Assembly: GCA_963575745.1 (NCBI GenBank)
Contig: CAUYUJ010000036.1
Span: 1 to 64,000, forward strand
DNA length: 64,000 nucleotides
Direction: 5' to 3'
Source of the DNA: Prorocentrum cordatum
Lineage: Eukaryota
This document shows, one piece after another, positions 34,807-46,600 of the stretch; position 1 is the stretch's first letter; each line of letters begins with the position of its first letter. The notes beneath the pieces were generated by a model. The model saw nothing but the letters and a program-made list of their open reading frames with translations. It did not search any database and was not told where the DNA came from. The translations under genes were made by a program, and so were the position numbers.

Positions 34807-36842
34807 CCGTCCTCGTCGTCCTCCGGCCGCTTCCCTTTTTGGTTTTTCTTCGGTATCCATCCCCTGGAGCGATCCGGAGGGCTCCGGCGAAATCGTGGGG
34901 GCGTGTTTTTGGGCGCCGTCAACCTCCGGAGGCCCTGTCATCGGGCCGCGCACTTCTTCTTGAGCGTCCAAATGACAAGCGGGGGGCGCGCCCCCCGCCG
35001 AAAGTGGTTCTAAGGCATAATAATATCCATGAATACACTCTCAAACGAGATCACAGAGATTGATGAAATTGGTTTTTGTTTGGACATCCGGGGGTGGGGT
35101 GCCAGCCTTGGGCTCTAACATCGTTGGCGGGGACTGCTGGCAATCGCGTTACAACGGGCTGTGGCGCACGCTATTCTCAATGAGCTTGCGGATCTCCCCC
35201 GCGCGCAGCAGGGGCCTACAGTGCCATTGGCTGATTTGGACATCATCTGATGCCCTCCTGCTGCTGCTGCTCCTCCTCCTTTCCTCCTCCTCCGCCTCCT
35301 CCTCCTCCTCCTCCCCCCCCTCCTCCTCCGCCTCCCCCTCCCCCTTCTCCTCCTGGGCTGCTTCGCCGCGCCGCCGCTCTGTCGAAGACGACGTTCTTCG
35401 GTTTCCTGGAGCCCCCGGTCGTTTCGCGCCGCGCCGGCGCCCAATTTCCAGACACGAGCTGCGCATGTGGTCGCAGCTGCCCCGCGGGGGAAAGCAAAAA
35501 CATCATTGGGTAAATATTTAGCAAACGCGCTCAGATAGCAACGCCCCCGCGCCGCAGACGGCGCCGTTTGAACACGAACCAAGACATGTTCGACTACCCC
35601 TCACTTCCTCGCACTCTTCCCTCTCCTTCCCAGTCCTCCCCGTCCATTCCGCTCATATCCACTCCGCCCCACTCCCCCGCATTCCTCCGCACTCCCCCCC
35701 ACCTCTCCGCACTCCTCCCCATTCCCTCTCCTCCTCACACTTTTCCAATCCATTCCACTGTACTCCACATCCCTGGCACTCCTACCCACTGAGTTTCACT
35801 TACCACTAGTTCATCCTGCCCCACTTCTTCCCAGGTCGGCACGTTCGTCCGCAATCCTCTTCATTCATATCATTCCTCCCTCGGTATCGTCTCCAACCAT
35901 TCCCCACTCCCTCCCCTCCCTCTCGTCTCCCCCCGTCCCTCCTCCATCCCCCCGGTTCGCTGGAAACGAATACGCCCCATCCATCCGCGTTGTATATCAG
36001 GAAGCCTCCGGCTCGAGCTGGGTCGTTCTCACTCCGGCTCTCTGGGCGGCGGACGTCTCCAGATGGGCTTCGGGGAAGGCTCCGAGCCAACGTCATCTTG
36101 GAATCGCTCCGGGTGGGCTCCAAAGCGGCTCAGAAGAAACCCAACATATGCACCCCTGAGAACCCTGAAAGCGTTCCAAGGAGCCCCTTGGAGGTCCCCG
36201 TGAGGCGCCCATAGGTCTTCAAGAACGCCCACAGAAATCGCTCCAGGTTGGCTCCAAAGCGGCTCAGGAGAGGCCCAACAGATTTTCCCCAGAGAACCCT
36301 GAAAGCGTTCCAAGGAGCCCCCCGAGAGACCCCCGTGAGGCGCCCATAGGTCTTCAAAAACGCCCGAAGAGGCTACCATACCACCCAAGACAGCTCCAAT
36401 AGGGCAGTCCAAGAGGCCCAAGAAGGCCCCAAGAGGCCCCCGAAATGCTCCCGGTAAGCTTTCAGAGGGCTCCCACGAGGGCCCGAACAAGTTAAAGAGA
36501 GCCCCAAGAGCCCTCGATGGCCCACGAGTTCCATCGTGGGTTGAAGGCGGAAAACCAACTCGACAGACCACCACAGCAGACCATCGCAATGAATCAATAA
36601 CATGTGTATGTGTTGGTCTGCTATGCGACGTTTGTTCGTATCTTTGACGTTCTCACCCAGCATTCTGACAAGGGGGAGAGGGACATTGTAAGAGGAAGCG
36701 CGCTAGCCCATCAACCCCTAGAGTGCGGGTTGATTTTGTTCGAAGGCAGTTTGGGATGTTCCAAGATATTTGGACGTCGTACTGCTCTAACCCGGGCTAC
36801 ACTGTGCCATAGTGGAGGTCATCTTGGACCATGCGATGTTAG

Positions 36843-38901
36843 ATTCTTCACGCTTCGCGTATCCCCACCAGCCCATCCCGAAACAACCGCCAGTCGAGTT
36901 GCCTTTGAAGAGGGAGGTTTAGCAGCACGCAATACAAAAGTGAACCACATCCTCGCGGAACGCCCCGTCCAGGTCCAGGGGAGGGGGTAGGGGGAGGGGA
37001 AAACCCGTCCCCTCAGGGGGAGAAGGGGTTGTGGAAGAGGAAAGAGGAATCTCGTTTAGACAACGTGGCCGCAAATCAGTCGCCAGGCGAGTTGGCTTGA
37101 TGATGATGTTGTCGCCAGGCGAGTTGGTGCCTCTTGGAGGCCTTTTGAAGCGTCTTGGAGGCCCCTTAGGCTATCTTGGGCCGTCTTGGGTGCATCTTGG
37201 CCCGTCTTGGAGACATCTTGGGGCCATCTTGGGCTCTCTTGGGACCATCTTGGCCGTCTTGGAGGCCATCTTGGACATCTTGGAGGCCTCTTGAGCCGTC
37301 TTTCTGGGCCCTCTTAGGGCCGTCTTGGGGGCCTCTGGGGCCGTCCTCGGGCCATTTTGGGGCCTCTTGGAGCGCTCTTGAGGCCACCTTGGAGGCCTCT
37401 TGGGAGCCTTGGAGGGCCTCTTGGGGCCATCTTGGAGGCGGTCGGTCAAACGAGGGGAGGATGTAGGAGGAGCCGTCGTCGTCGGAGTAGGAGGAAGAAG
37501 AGGAGGAGCAGGAGGAGGAGCAGGAGGAGGAGCAGGAGGAGGAGGAGGAGGAAGATAAGGAGGAGGAGATGGAGGACTGCGAGGAGGAGGAAAAGGAAAA
37601 GGAGGAGGAGGAGGACGAGGAGGAGGAGGGGGAGGGGGAGGAGGGAGGAGGAAGACAGAGAGGAGGAGGAGAAGGACAATGGCGAGCTTGAGGCCTCTTG
37701 GGCCGTCTTTGGGTCCTCTTGGCGGTCCCCGGGGCCTCTTGCGTATCTCGGGAGCCTCTTGTGGCCTCTTGGGGGTCTCTTGGGGGCCTCTTGCAGGCCT
37801 CTTGGGGGCCTTTTGGGGCCTCTTGGGGCCCTCTTGGGGCGCTCTTGGGGCGCTCTTGGGAGCCTTCGAGGCGCTCTTGGGGCCATCTTGGAGGAGATCT
37901 ATCAAAGAAGGGGGGGTCCCCAATTAGCGCTGCCCCTCTAGAGTGCCTCGAATCGCTTCTTGGGCCCTTCTTGAGGCCAAAATCTTTCCAAAACCTAGGT
38001 AAAATCAATGTTTTGTGTTTTCTCGACAACAACAAAAACATAGAAAGAGAATACATGCCACCACACCCGGCCGCCACGATACCGCGCCTAATATAGCACA
38101 ACCACATCCAAAACAACGCTGCCCGTCCCCTCACACCGCCTTTTCCTCTCTTTAGCCGACTTGGGCCGTCTTGGGAGCCTCTTTGGCCTCTTGTGGGTCC
38201 TCTTGGGAAGTTCTCCCTCCTCCCCTTTTCCTTTTGAGTCCTCTGGCGCCTTGGGCCAACTTGGGGCCGCTCTGGGGCGCTCTTTGGGCCTCATATGGGG
38301 AGCCTTACGGGGCGCTCTTAGGGCCATCTGGAGGACATCCGATTCAAAGAAGGGGGGGTCCCCAATTAGCGCTGCCCCTCTAGAGTGCCTCGAGTCGCCT
38401 CTTGGGCCCCCCCAAGAGGCCAAAACCCTTCCAAAACCTAGATAAAATCATTGTGTTTTCTGTTTTCTCGCCTTTTCGCTCTTGAAGCCGTCTTGGGCCA
38501 TCTTGGACTCTCTTGGGGCCTCTTGGGGGTCTCTTGGCAGCCTCTTGGAGGCTTCTTGGGGGCCTCTTGGGGTCTCTTGGGGCCCTCTTGGGGCGCTCTT
38601 GGGGCGCTCTTGGGAGCCTTCGGGGCGCTCTTGGGGCCATCTTGGAGGAGATCGATCAAAGAAGGGGGTACCTAAATTGGTGTCCCCCCCTCGGGGGCCA
38701 CGATCCCTGTGAGGGGTGTCAAAAAATAACCCTCCCAATGAGCGAAAAAGCGCCCTCTGACACCTCGCGACCCCCTCCGTCCAGGTCCAGGGGAGGGGGC
38801 AGGGGGAGGGGTAAACCCCTCCCCGAAGGGGAAGAAGGGGTTGTGGAATATGGAAGAGAGACATCGTTAGACCACCTGTCGCCCAGAGGGCTGGTGGGAT
38901 T
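36843..38901 (-). mobile_element. Helentron-like element or nest carrying a CTTGGGGCC-type ~11-bp minisatellite
   Basis: Ends attcttcacgcttcgcgtatccccaccagccc and gggctggtgggatt; same G-rich subterminal block as the 32241 copy; internal ~130-bp duplication (37904 and 38345). Confidence 0.55.
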
Positions 38902-38907
38902 AGAGCA

Positions 38908-40238
38908 ATTCTTTACGCTGCACTTATCCCCACCAGCCCATCCAGGAACGATGCCCAGGAGAGCTGACGGGCGAAGGGAGGAAGAGACGCACATCGTGAA
39001 ACAGCGCAGGCAACAGAGGTGAATTGGGAGATCTATGGTAGCGAAGGGTGCGGTTGCTGCTGCTGGTGATGTTGCTGCTGCTGGTACTCCTGTTGCTGGT
39101 GCTGCTGCTGGTGTTCCTGGTTCTCGTGCTGCTGGTGCTGCTGGTGCTGCTGCTGGTGGCGGTGGTGCTGCTGCTGGGCTGGTGCTGCTGGTGCTGCTGC
39201 TGGTGCTATTGCTGATGGTGGTGCTGTTGGTGGTGCTGCTGATGATGGTGCTGTAGATTGTACCACATCGCTGTTTAGCTGGTGCTGGTGCTGTGGAGGA
39301 CGAGGGGGGGGGGGAGGAGGAGGCCGAGGAGGAGGAGGAGGAGGAGGAGGAGGAGGAGGAGGAGTCAGAGGAGGATGCAAGAGAAGGCGACAATTGGACC
39401 AGACAGACTACTGCGGATCCTTTGCTCTGGGACTCTCTTGGTGGCCTTGATGAAATTCTGGCGCCATCTTGGATGACATCCTTCAAACACGGGGTCGACG
39501 CGGATTAGCGTTGCCCCTCCTTGGGGTAAAGCAAATCCACTCCTGAAACTTTCTTGAGCGCTTATTGGGTGCTCGTGGGGCTGTACTGGGGCCATTTAGG
39601 GGGCTCTCTTTGGGCTCTCTTGGAAGCTTTGGGGTCTTCCGTGGAGCTCCCTTGGAGGCCATCAATCAAAGAAGAGGGGGTCCTCCGGCCTTCTAAGTAC
39701 GTCGGCCGCTGGAGCCGCACACAAGCCGCCTCTTGGGGCCTTGGGGCGCTCTTTGGGCTCTCGCGGGCGCTCTTGGATCCGTCTTCTAGCCCATTTGGGC
39801 CTCTGTTGGGTCTCCCTCGGGCCCTCTGGGAGCCATCTTGAGGCTTGGGAGGGCCATCCGAAGCGAAAAACTGAAAAGCACACAAACGTTGATTGCATTC
39901 ACTTTGTGAAGGCTTTTGGACTCTCGGGCTCTCGAGGCTTTTCTTTGGGGAGCGCTCGAAGACCCCTTGGGCCCGTCTTGGGGCGTTCTCGGAACCTCTT
40001 CGAATGTCTTGAAAAGCGTCTTGACGCAATGTAGACAACCTTGAAGGTCATCTTCGGCTCTCTGAAGCCCTGTTGGCGCCACCTTCGGCCATTCTGGACG
40101 CTTCAACGGAGCGCGGCCCCTCATGTCCAGACCCAGGGGGGTAGGGCGAGGGGTAACCGCCCCCCCCCCCCGAAGGGAGAAAGGGAGGTTGCAAGAGGAA
40201 ACGCGCTAGACCACCTGCGCCTCGAGCGCGGGTGGATG
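38908..40238 (-). mobile_element. Further Helentron-like copy in tandem (right boundary uncertain)
   Basis: Starts attctttacgctgcacttatccccaccagccc; a related G-rich block plus gaccacctg..gggtggat lies at ~40130-40238. Confidence 0.4.
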
Positions 40239-40541
40239 TTGTTGGAAGGCATCCTTGGGATGCTCCAAGAATGGTCGGCGTCAGACTGATCGAACCCGGG
40301 CTACGCTGCGCCATATTGGTAGCCATCTGGGACCATACGGCGTTATCTCAGACTCATTTCGGGCCATTTTCGACGCTCTAACGCGCGGCGCTGCCCCGCT
40401 CCGCCCAAATCCAGGGGAAGATCTCATTCCCCAAACCACCTAGTGTGACTATCGGCTCTACAGCTTCTTTTGCCCAGCGCGAGTAAGAACAGACCTTGCG
40501 TCGCGCAGCGCGCCAGTAGTAGCTGCGTCGTGGTCGACGCC

Positions 40542-41872
40542 ATGGCCACCCTGTTCTCGGCGGTGCTTGTCGTGCTCGGAAGCGCGCTTGGAGCTACTGC
40601 TGCCCCTGGCCAACACTCTGGCAAGTTCAACGGCAGGGCTGGTGCACGGGCCCAGCGCCCAGACGAGCTGCCCTTCATGGAGACCGGGGCCGTGCGCTTG
40701 GCCTACCAGCTCATGGACAGCCTGAACCCGTTCCCTGTTGATGTCGTTCACGCTTCATCTCCACTTGCGTGGAGCGTGGCTGGCGCGGTTGGCAGAGCCA
40801 CTTCGCTGCGCCCATCTTGCGTGTACGTTCACTTGGTAATCCTCATGTCCCTCGTCTTGGACGCGGTGCAGGTCAAGTACGGGGGGATATTGGGCAAGTT
40901 TTCGAACCCTCTGATGATTCAACACGGCGCGCCAGGGGACGGGAAGTCGATCGCGTTGTGGCTCGTTTTCCAAATCCTCGCGTACTTCGACAAGATCCGC
41001 AACAAAGTCGCCAAGGCAGCCTACGATCAAAAAGTGAGAGACAAGAAAGACAAGAGGAGGCAAGGCCAGGGTCAGGCTGCCGAGGAGGAGGACTCCGCAG
41101 ATGAAGATCAGAAGCTGACGCCGCCCGCCGACGTGGATTCGATTTTCAACAAAGGCACGTTCATCGGTTTAGGGCAGTTCCTGAAGGGGCAGGGCGGAGT
41201 AGCTTACTTCGGGCTTCACGAGGGCAAGACGTTCATGACGGATCTCTTCGCGAGCGGCCCCGGCGGCGGCGTGGAGGACTTGAACCAGATCATGGACCAC
41301 GACTTGTGCAACCCAGCGAACAACCAGTCCAAGTTCAACGTGCGCAACGTGCACGTGGTCGGCTCCGTCTTCATGCGCCTGGAGGAGGTGGAACGCCAGG
41401 CCCGCCAGTCGGACTCGGTGGCAGGCCTTTCGCGGTTCTTGGTCGGGAAATTCCCCGTGGTGGTCCACAAAATCATGCCGGACCTCAACCCCGCGGAGGT
41501 CGAGCAGCTGTTCCAGGACGACCCGGATTACTTCAACAGCATGAACTACGACGACGTCGTCGGCGGCCTCGCTAATATTTTGTTCGCGGGGCGCCAGCTG
41601 TTCCAGAAAGACGCCCCCCCGTCGGTGCCGGCCACGGACGTGAAGCAAGTTTATTCGAAGATCACTGGTCTCCACACTCTGCCAATGAGCTCCGAGGTCC
41701 AGGAACACTTCCGCAAGTCGTACAACGATTCTGCCGACGCGATCCGGGACGACCTCGCCAACCTCGGTGGCCGGGCTTCCCAGCTGAGCAAGGACAAGAC
41801 CAGGCTGCTCCAATTCATCGCGCCCGTGCATCTCCTGGAGAAGACCATCAACTTCTTGCTCTCGAAGGCAGG
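40542..41872 (+). CDS. Intronless DUF3987/YfjI-like P-loop NTPase, truncated by an assembly gap
   Basis: GCCATGG start; over 440 open codons, GC3-rich; FPVD N-terminal motif, Walker A GAPGDGKS, GTFIGL, Walker B-like YFGLHE and GLSRFL arginine-finger-like motif. Confidence 0.7.
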
Positions 41873-41972
41873 NNNNNNNNNNNNNNNNNNNNNNNNNNNN
41901 NNNNNNNNNNNNNNNNNNNNNNNNNNNNNNNNNNNNNNNNNNNNNNNNNNNNNNNNNNNNNNNNNNNNNNNN
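41873..41972. other. Scaffold gap (100 N)
   Basis: Direct observation. Confidence 1.
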
Positions 41973-42355
41973 CTCCTCCTCCTCGGCCTCCTCCTCCTCC
42001 TCCTCCTCCTCCTGATCCTTCGCCTCCTTCTCCTCCACCTCCCCCTCCTCCTTCACAAGCGCCACCCTCGTGCCAGCTGTGCCGCAGTGAGCCTCGCCTG
42101 TGCCCCAGCGTCACCCGCCCGCAGCTCGGATCCGAGACGCCGCCGACAGAACTCGAGTAGGGGATCGACTGCAGAATCGATGTGCCCCAAGCTTGATTCG
42201 TTCGTCGCGTCCACGAGACATGCGCAGACCGTTCGTAGACCGGCGAACATTATACGTGTGCCTCGACGGGGAGATCAGCGTCGGGGTATAACATCAACTC
42301 TGTAGACGATCCCCTGCTTCGAGAAGCAACGCGTTGGCTCCCCCGAGCTCCGCAC

Positions 42356-42476
42356 CAGCGCGGAGCAGTCGGCCACCCACGCGTCGCAGATGCGGCGGCA
42401 CACGGGGACCGTGCGCCCGCTGGCGCAGCCCTCGAAGGCCATCAGGCAGATGAAGCTGCGCAGCGACGCCCGGCAC
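42356..42476 (-). CDS. Exon of Frizzled-type Cys-rich domain gene: CRASLRSFICLMAFEGCASGRTVPVCRRICDAWVADCSAL
   Basis: Acceptor gcccag|G in phase 2; Cys spacing C-x8-C-x6-C-x8-C-x3-C-x6-C matches the FZ CRD; probable donor CTG|gt (3' boundary uncertain). Confidence 0.75.
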
Positions 42477-42927
42477 CTGGGCGGCGAGGATCGAGGCGGC
42501 CAGGCTTTCGCCTCGCAGGCCTTCGACGCTTTCGAAGCTTCCGGTATTTCGGGGGTTCGCCGAACAGAACACTCGCGTTCGAAGTGGTTCGGTGTCGGTG
42601 TTCGGCTTCTCGTGCCTTGGCTGGCGCCTCGAAGTCTCGAGGTGTGCGGTCTCGGTGTTCGGGGTTTCGGTTTCCGGCCTCTGGAGTTTCAAACACCAAA
42701 GCTCGAGATTCAAAGTTCGAGGCTTTCGGGACCCGGAGTCGTGTCCCCCGAGGCTTCCCAGACTCGGGGTGCGTTTTCCAGCAGCTGCGCTTCGCTGAAC
42801 CGCCGCCCGAAGCCCGAGCTATGTGGCCCGGTTGCTGCCTGGAGTGTACACGTCGCGGCGTTTCTCCGCAGCTTCAGCCTCCGCAGGGGCCCTTTCTGGG
42901 GCCATCCACAGCGGGTCCGGGACGAAA

Positions 42928-43082
42928 CTAGGGAACCACATGCGAACCCTACCCCTACCCCCCACGATTTCTGAGGGGAGGGTGGGGTTCACTTCGTTCG
43001 GGAGCTCTCGAGCGGAGTGAACCCCACCCTCCCCCTCAGAAATCGTGGGGGGTAGGGGTAGGGTTCGCATGTGGCCCCCTAG
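42928..43082. repeat. 155-bp near-perfect palindrome centred on GAGCTC (MITE-like or hairpin)
   Basis: Arms ccacatgcgaaccctacccct.. / ..aggggtagggttcgcatgtgg; CTAG at both outer ends. Confidence 0.9.
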
Positions 43083-44954
43083 AAACACTCCCCCCCGGGG
43101 GAGGGGCCGGGGGACCTCCGGGGCCGCAAGCGGACAGAGAGCATGAGCGGGCAGCCTCAAATTGATATGCGTCGGATCGGATCGGACCGTGCGTCCCGTC
43201 GGGCCCTTCTCGGCAAGGAGTCGGAATCCGATCGGGCGGCGGCGCCAGGTTGCACAGCAGCGCATGGCAAGCGGGCAGCAGCGGATCGCCGGAGCACCAA
43301 ATAAGCCGACTCGGGTTCGGGCCGGTCGAAAGCAGCATCGATATCGGATCGGGCCGAGCGGATCGAAGCCCAGACGTCCGACGATGTAATTCCTGCTCTT
43401 CCTCCTCCGAGGAGGAGGAGAAGGAGGAGGGGGAGGGGGTAGGGGGAGGAGGAGGAGGAGGAGGAGGAGGAGGAGGAGGAGCGAGGAGGATGCAGGAGGA
43501 GGAGGAGGAGGAGGAGGAGGAGGCGGAGGAGGAGGAGGGGGAGCATGGGGAGGAGGAGGAGGAGGAGGAGCGAGGAGGAGGAAGGAGGAGGAGGAGGAGG
43601 AGGCAAGAGGAGGGAGGGGGAGGAGGAGGAGGAGGAGGAGGAGGCTGAGGAGGAGGAGGGAGGGGGGGGGGGGAGGACGGAGGAGGAGGAGGAGTGAAGC
43701 GGAAGAGGAGGAAAGAGAGGGAGCGAGGAGGCAGGCCGGAGGAGGAGGAGGAGGAGGATGAGCGGAGGAGGAGGAGGAGTGAGGGAAGAGAGAAGGAGGA
43801 GTAGGAGGAGGATGAGGAGGAGGAGAGGAGGAGGAGGAGGAGGAGGAGGATGTATGCCCCGGAAACGCAAACGGCCTCCAGAAGCCGAAAGTGTAGGCAA
43901 AGCGGCGAGACGGAGAAGGGGAATCCCGCGGTCACCTGGGAACGCCGCCGCCGCTGATCCAGGCATCCGGAAGGACGCGTGGGCAAATAGCAGACACAGG
44001 TTGTTTTGGTACACAGCGAGAGAAGGAGCGAGGATGGAGGCCCCCCGCACGCAAGGCAGGAGGAGGCGGAGAAGGAGAGGAGGAGGGGGCAAGAGGAGGA
44101 GGAGGAGAAGCTCAAGAATGGGCAGATGCGAGGAGAGAGGCGGAGAGAGGAGAGGAGGATGGAGGAGGAGGAGGAGGAGGCTTGGTGATAATGCAACGAG
44201 ACACCTTGCAGAGCAATCGCATGCGCACAGAGATTCGACTGTATGAGGAAAAGAGCGCATCAGGACTGTGAAGCATCTGGGAACGCACGCCGAGAAATCA
44301 CATCGGCGGATGTCTGGGACAGCGCAGTCGGCCCCCGTTTTTGTGTGGCTGCGCCGCCCGCTCATCCTCCGACGCCTCGGTATAATCCCAGGCCTCCGAG
44401 GGATTGCCTTTTTCAATCGCGGCGCTTTTCCTTCACCTCCTCCTCCTCCTCCTCCTTCTCCTCCTCCTCCTCTCCTTCCCTGCCTTTACCCTCCAACCTC
44501 ACCTCCTGCCTCCTCCTGCCTAACCATCCATACTCCTCCTCCTCCTCCTCCTCCTCCTGCTGGGGCTATCAGAAAACCAGCGCGGGAGGAAACGCCGGCC
44601 CTGAGGCAGGGGTCGAAAGAACGAGGGGCCGGGGTCTCGAGAAGATCGAGCCGCCGGACGTATGGGCACGCTGGCCCGCCCTGGCACCTGGCCGACGATG
44701 GAGACAGGAGCCTGACGCGAGAGGGCACCCCCTGAGATCCGACGTTGAAAAAAAATGAAACATCGCAAGAACTCACGACCGGAGCCCCGCACCTGTATCT
44801 TTCTGCGTCATTTTTGGAGCCGGATCCATCTGTGAGGGTCCCGGGGCCCGAAACTGGGCGAAAACGCCCGTTGTCAAAAAACTGCAGAGTCCTAGACATC
44901 CAGCGATGTGAGGCGCGTTCCTTCACTGCGGCCCATGGGGACGTTCTCGGGCAC

Positions 44955-45152
<198 letters not shown>

Positions 45153-45268
45153 CGGGTCCACGGCGTCTGTTTGCATTCGCGGTGCTTCTCCTGTGCATCT
45201 CGGCCTCCCGAAGGGCCTGTCTCGGGCGCCGGGCCCGGGACGAAAAAATGCCGCCCCCAGGAGGAGGA

Positions 45269-45299
<31 letters not shown>

Positions 45300-45609
45300 G
45301 AGGAGGAGGAGGAGGGGGCGGAGGAGGAGAGGAGGAGGAGGAGGAGCGAGGAGGAGGAGGAGGAGGAGGAGGAGGAGGAGGAGAGGAGGAGGAGGAGGAG
45401 GAGGAGGAGGAGGAGGAGGAGGAGGAGGAGGTAGCGAGGAAGGAGGAGAGGGGGAGGAGGAGAGGAGGAGGAGGAGGAGGAGGAGGAGGAGGGAGGAGGA
45501 GAGGAGAGGAGGAAGAGGAGGCAGGAGGAGGAGGAGGAGGAGGAGGAGAAGGAGAAGGAGAAGGAGGAGGGGGAGGAGGGAACTTCTGCCTCCGACGTCT
45601 CTAGAACTA

Positions 45610-46110
45610 GGGAGTTTGAAGGAAGACGAACGATGCTGCAACTTAGGCAACGCCGCGTCGTAATCCAACAGGCAAAGATGCATGTGTGATAGCGCATGTT
45701 GGATAGATAGATGCAGGCGTTGCGCAACCAATCGCACGGTTTCTCCCGCCGCGTATGTCGAACTGTATGCTTGCCGACTCGCGCGCTTGTTGTCACAGCG
45801 TCACAGCTTAGAATGAACTTCGACAACCTGCACTCAACGCTTAACGGTCTACCGGTAGTCGACCAGCAATATACCGACAGTCTACTGCCGAAGCGTCCCC
45901 TGCGCTTTGGTAATTTGCTGTAGCTGGGTTAGCTTTGCAGAACCCTTCAAGGTGCGCCTGGCAAATCAGAATATGACTTTGCATGCCCGTGTGGCTTGTA
46001 CCAAGTCTACACCGCCCGATGCTGGTGTTACAACCCCAGCACTGTAGAAGTGGCGCAGCGGATTGAGGTCCCGGGGCCGTCAACAAAAGATCAGGATCAA
46101 GCTCTGGCCC
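45610..46110 (-). pseudogene. Decayed non-LTR RT fragment (N-terminal RT motifs)
   Basis: Ordered TAPGPQS (APGPDG-like), GRPLSVECRLSK (RPISL..K-like) and QAYSSTYAAGETV..LCLLDYDAALPKLQH (D..AF..H-like), spread across frameshifts. Confidence 0.6.
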
Positions 46111-46413
46111 TTTGAAATCGGTCGACGCCCTCGCAAAATCAGCAACAGTGCAAGGGGAGGCTATTGCTTGACGCTCCTGGCGCCGCGAAAAAAGACGGCG
46201 CCTGGCGGCCGAAGAAGTGGCGAAACGCCAGCCGCCGCCACTTCTGTAGAGAGCAGAAGGTGCCCCCCCCTTCACAAGCACCCCGACAAGCGAAGCCGCA
46301 TAGTGGACGCACGCATGGAGGAAATCGAACAAGCCAGGGCTGTTGCGTAAGCGCCCAGGGCCGTGTCGTCAACGCCGGTTGTCGGGGTCGGGGTGCTTTT
46401 TCCTCCCTTGAGA

Positions 46414-46600
46414 CCCAGACCCCCGACGTTGTGATTTTTCACAACGTCGACCCCCAGAGGTCTGGACCACTTCCCAGGGACCAATTTTTCATCCTGAGTC
46501 GTTTTCTGACGGCCCCGAGGCCCGGGAGGGGCCCCCAGAGGCCGAATGAAGCAACAAACCTCCCGCCGCGATTTTTTTGCGCACCGCGAGGGGGCCTGGG
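46414..46600. mobile_element. CCCAGA..TCTGGG MITE
   Basis: Termini cccagacccc / ggggcctggg; family core. Confidence 0.7.
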
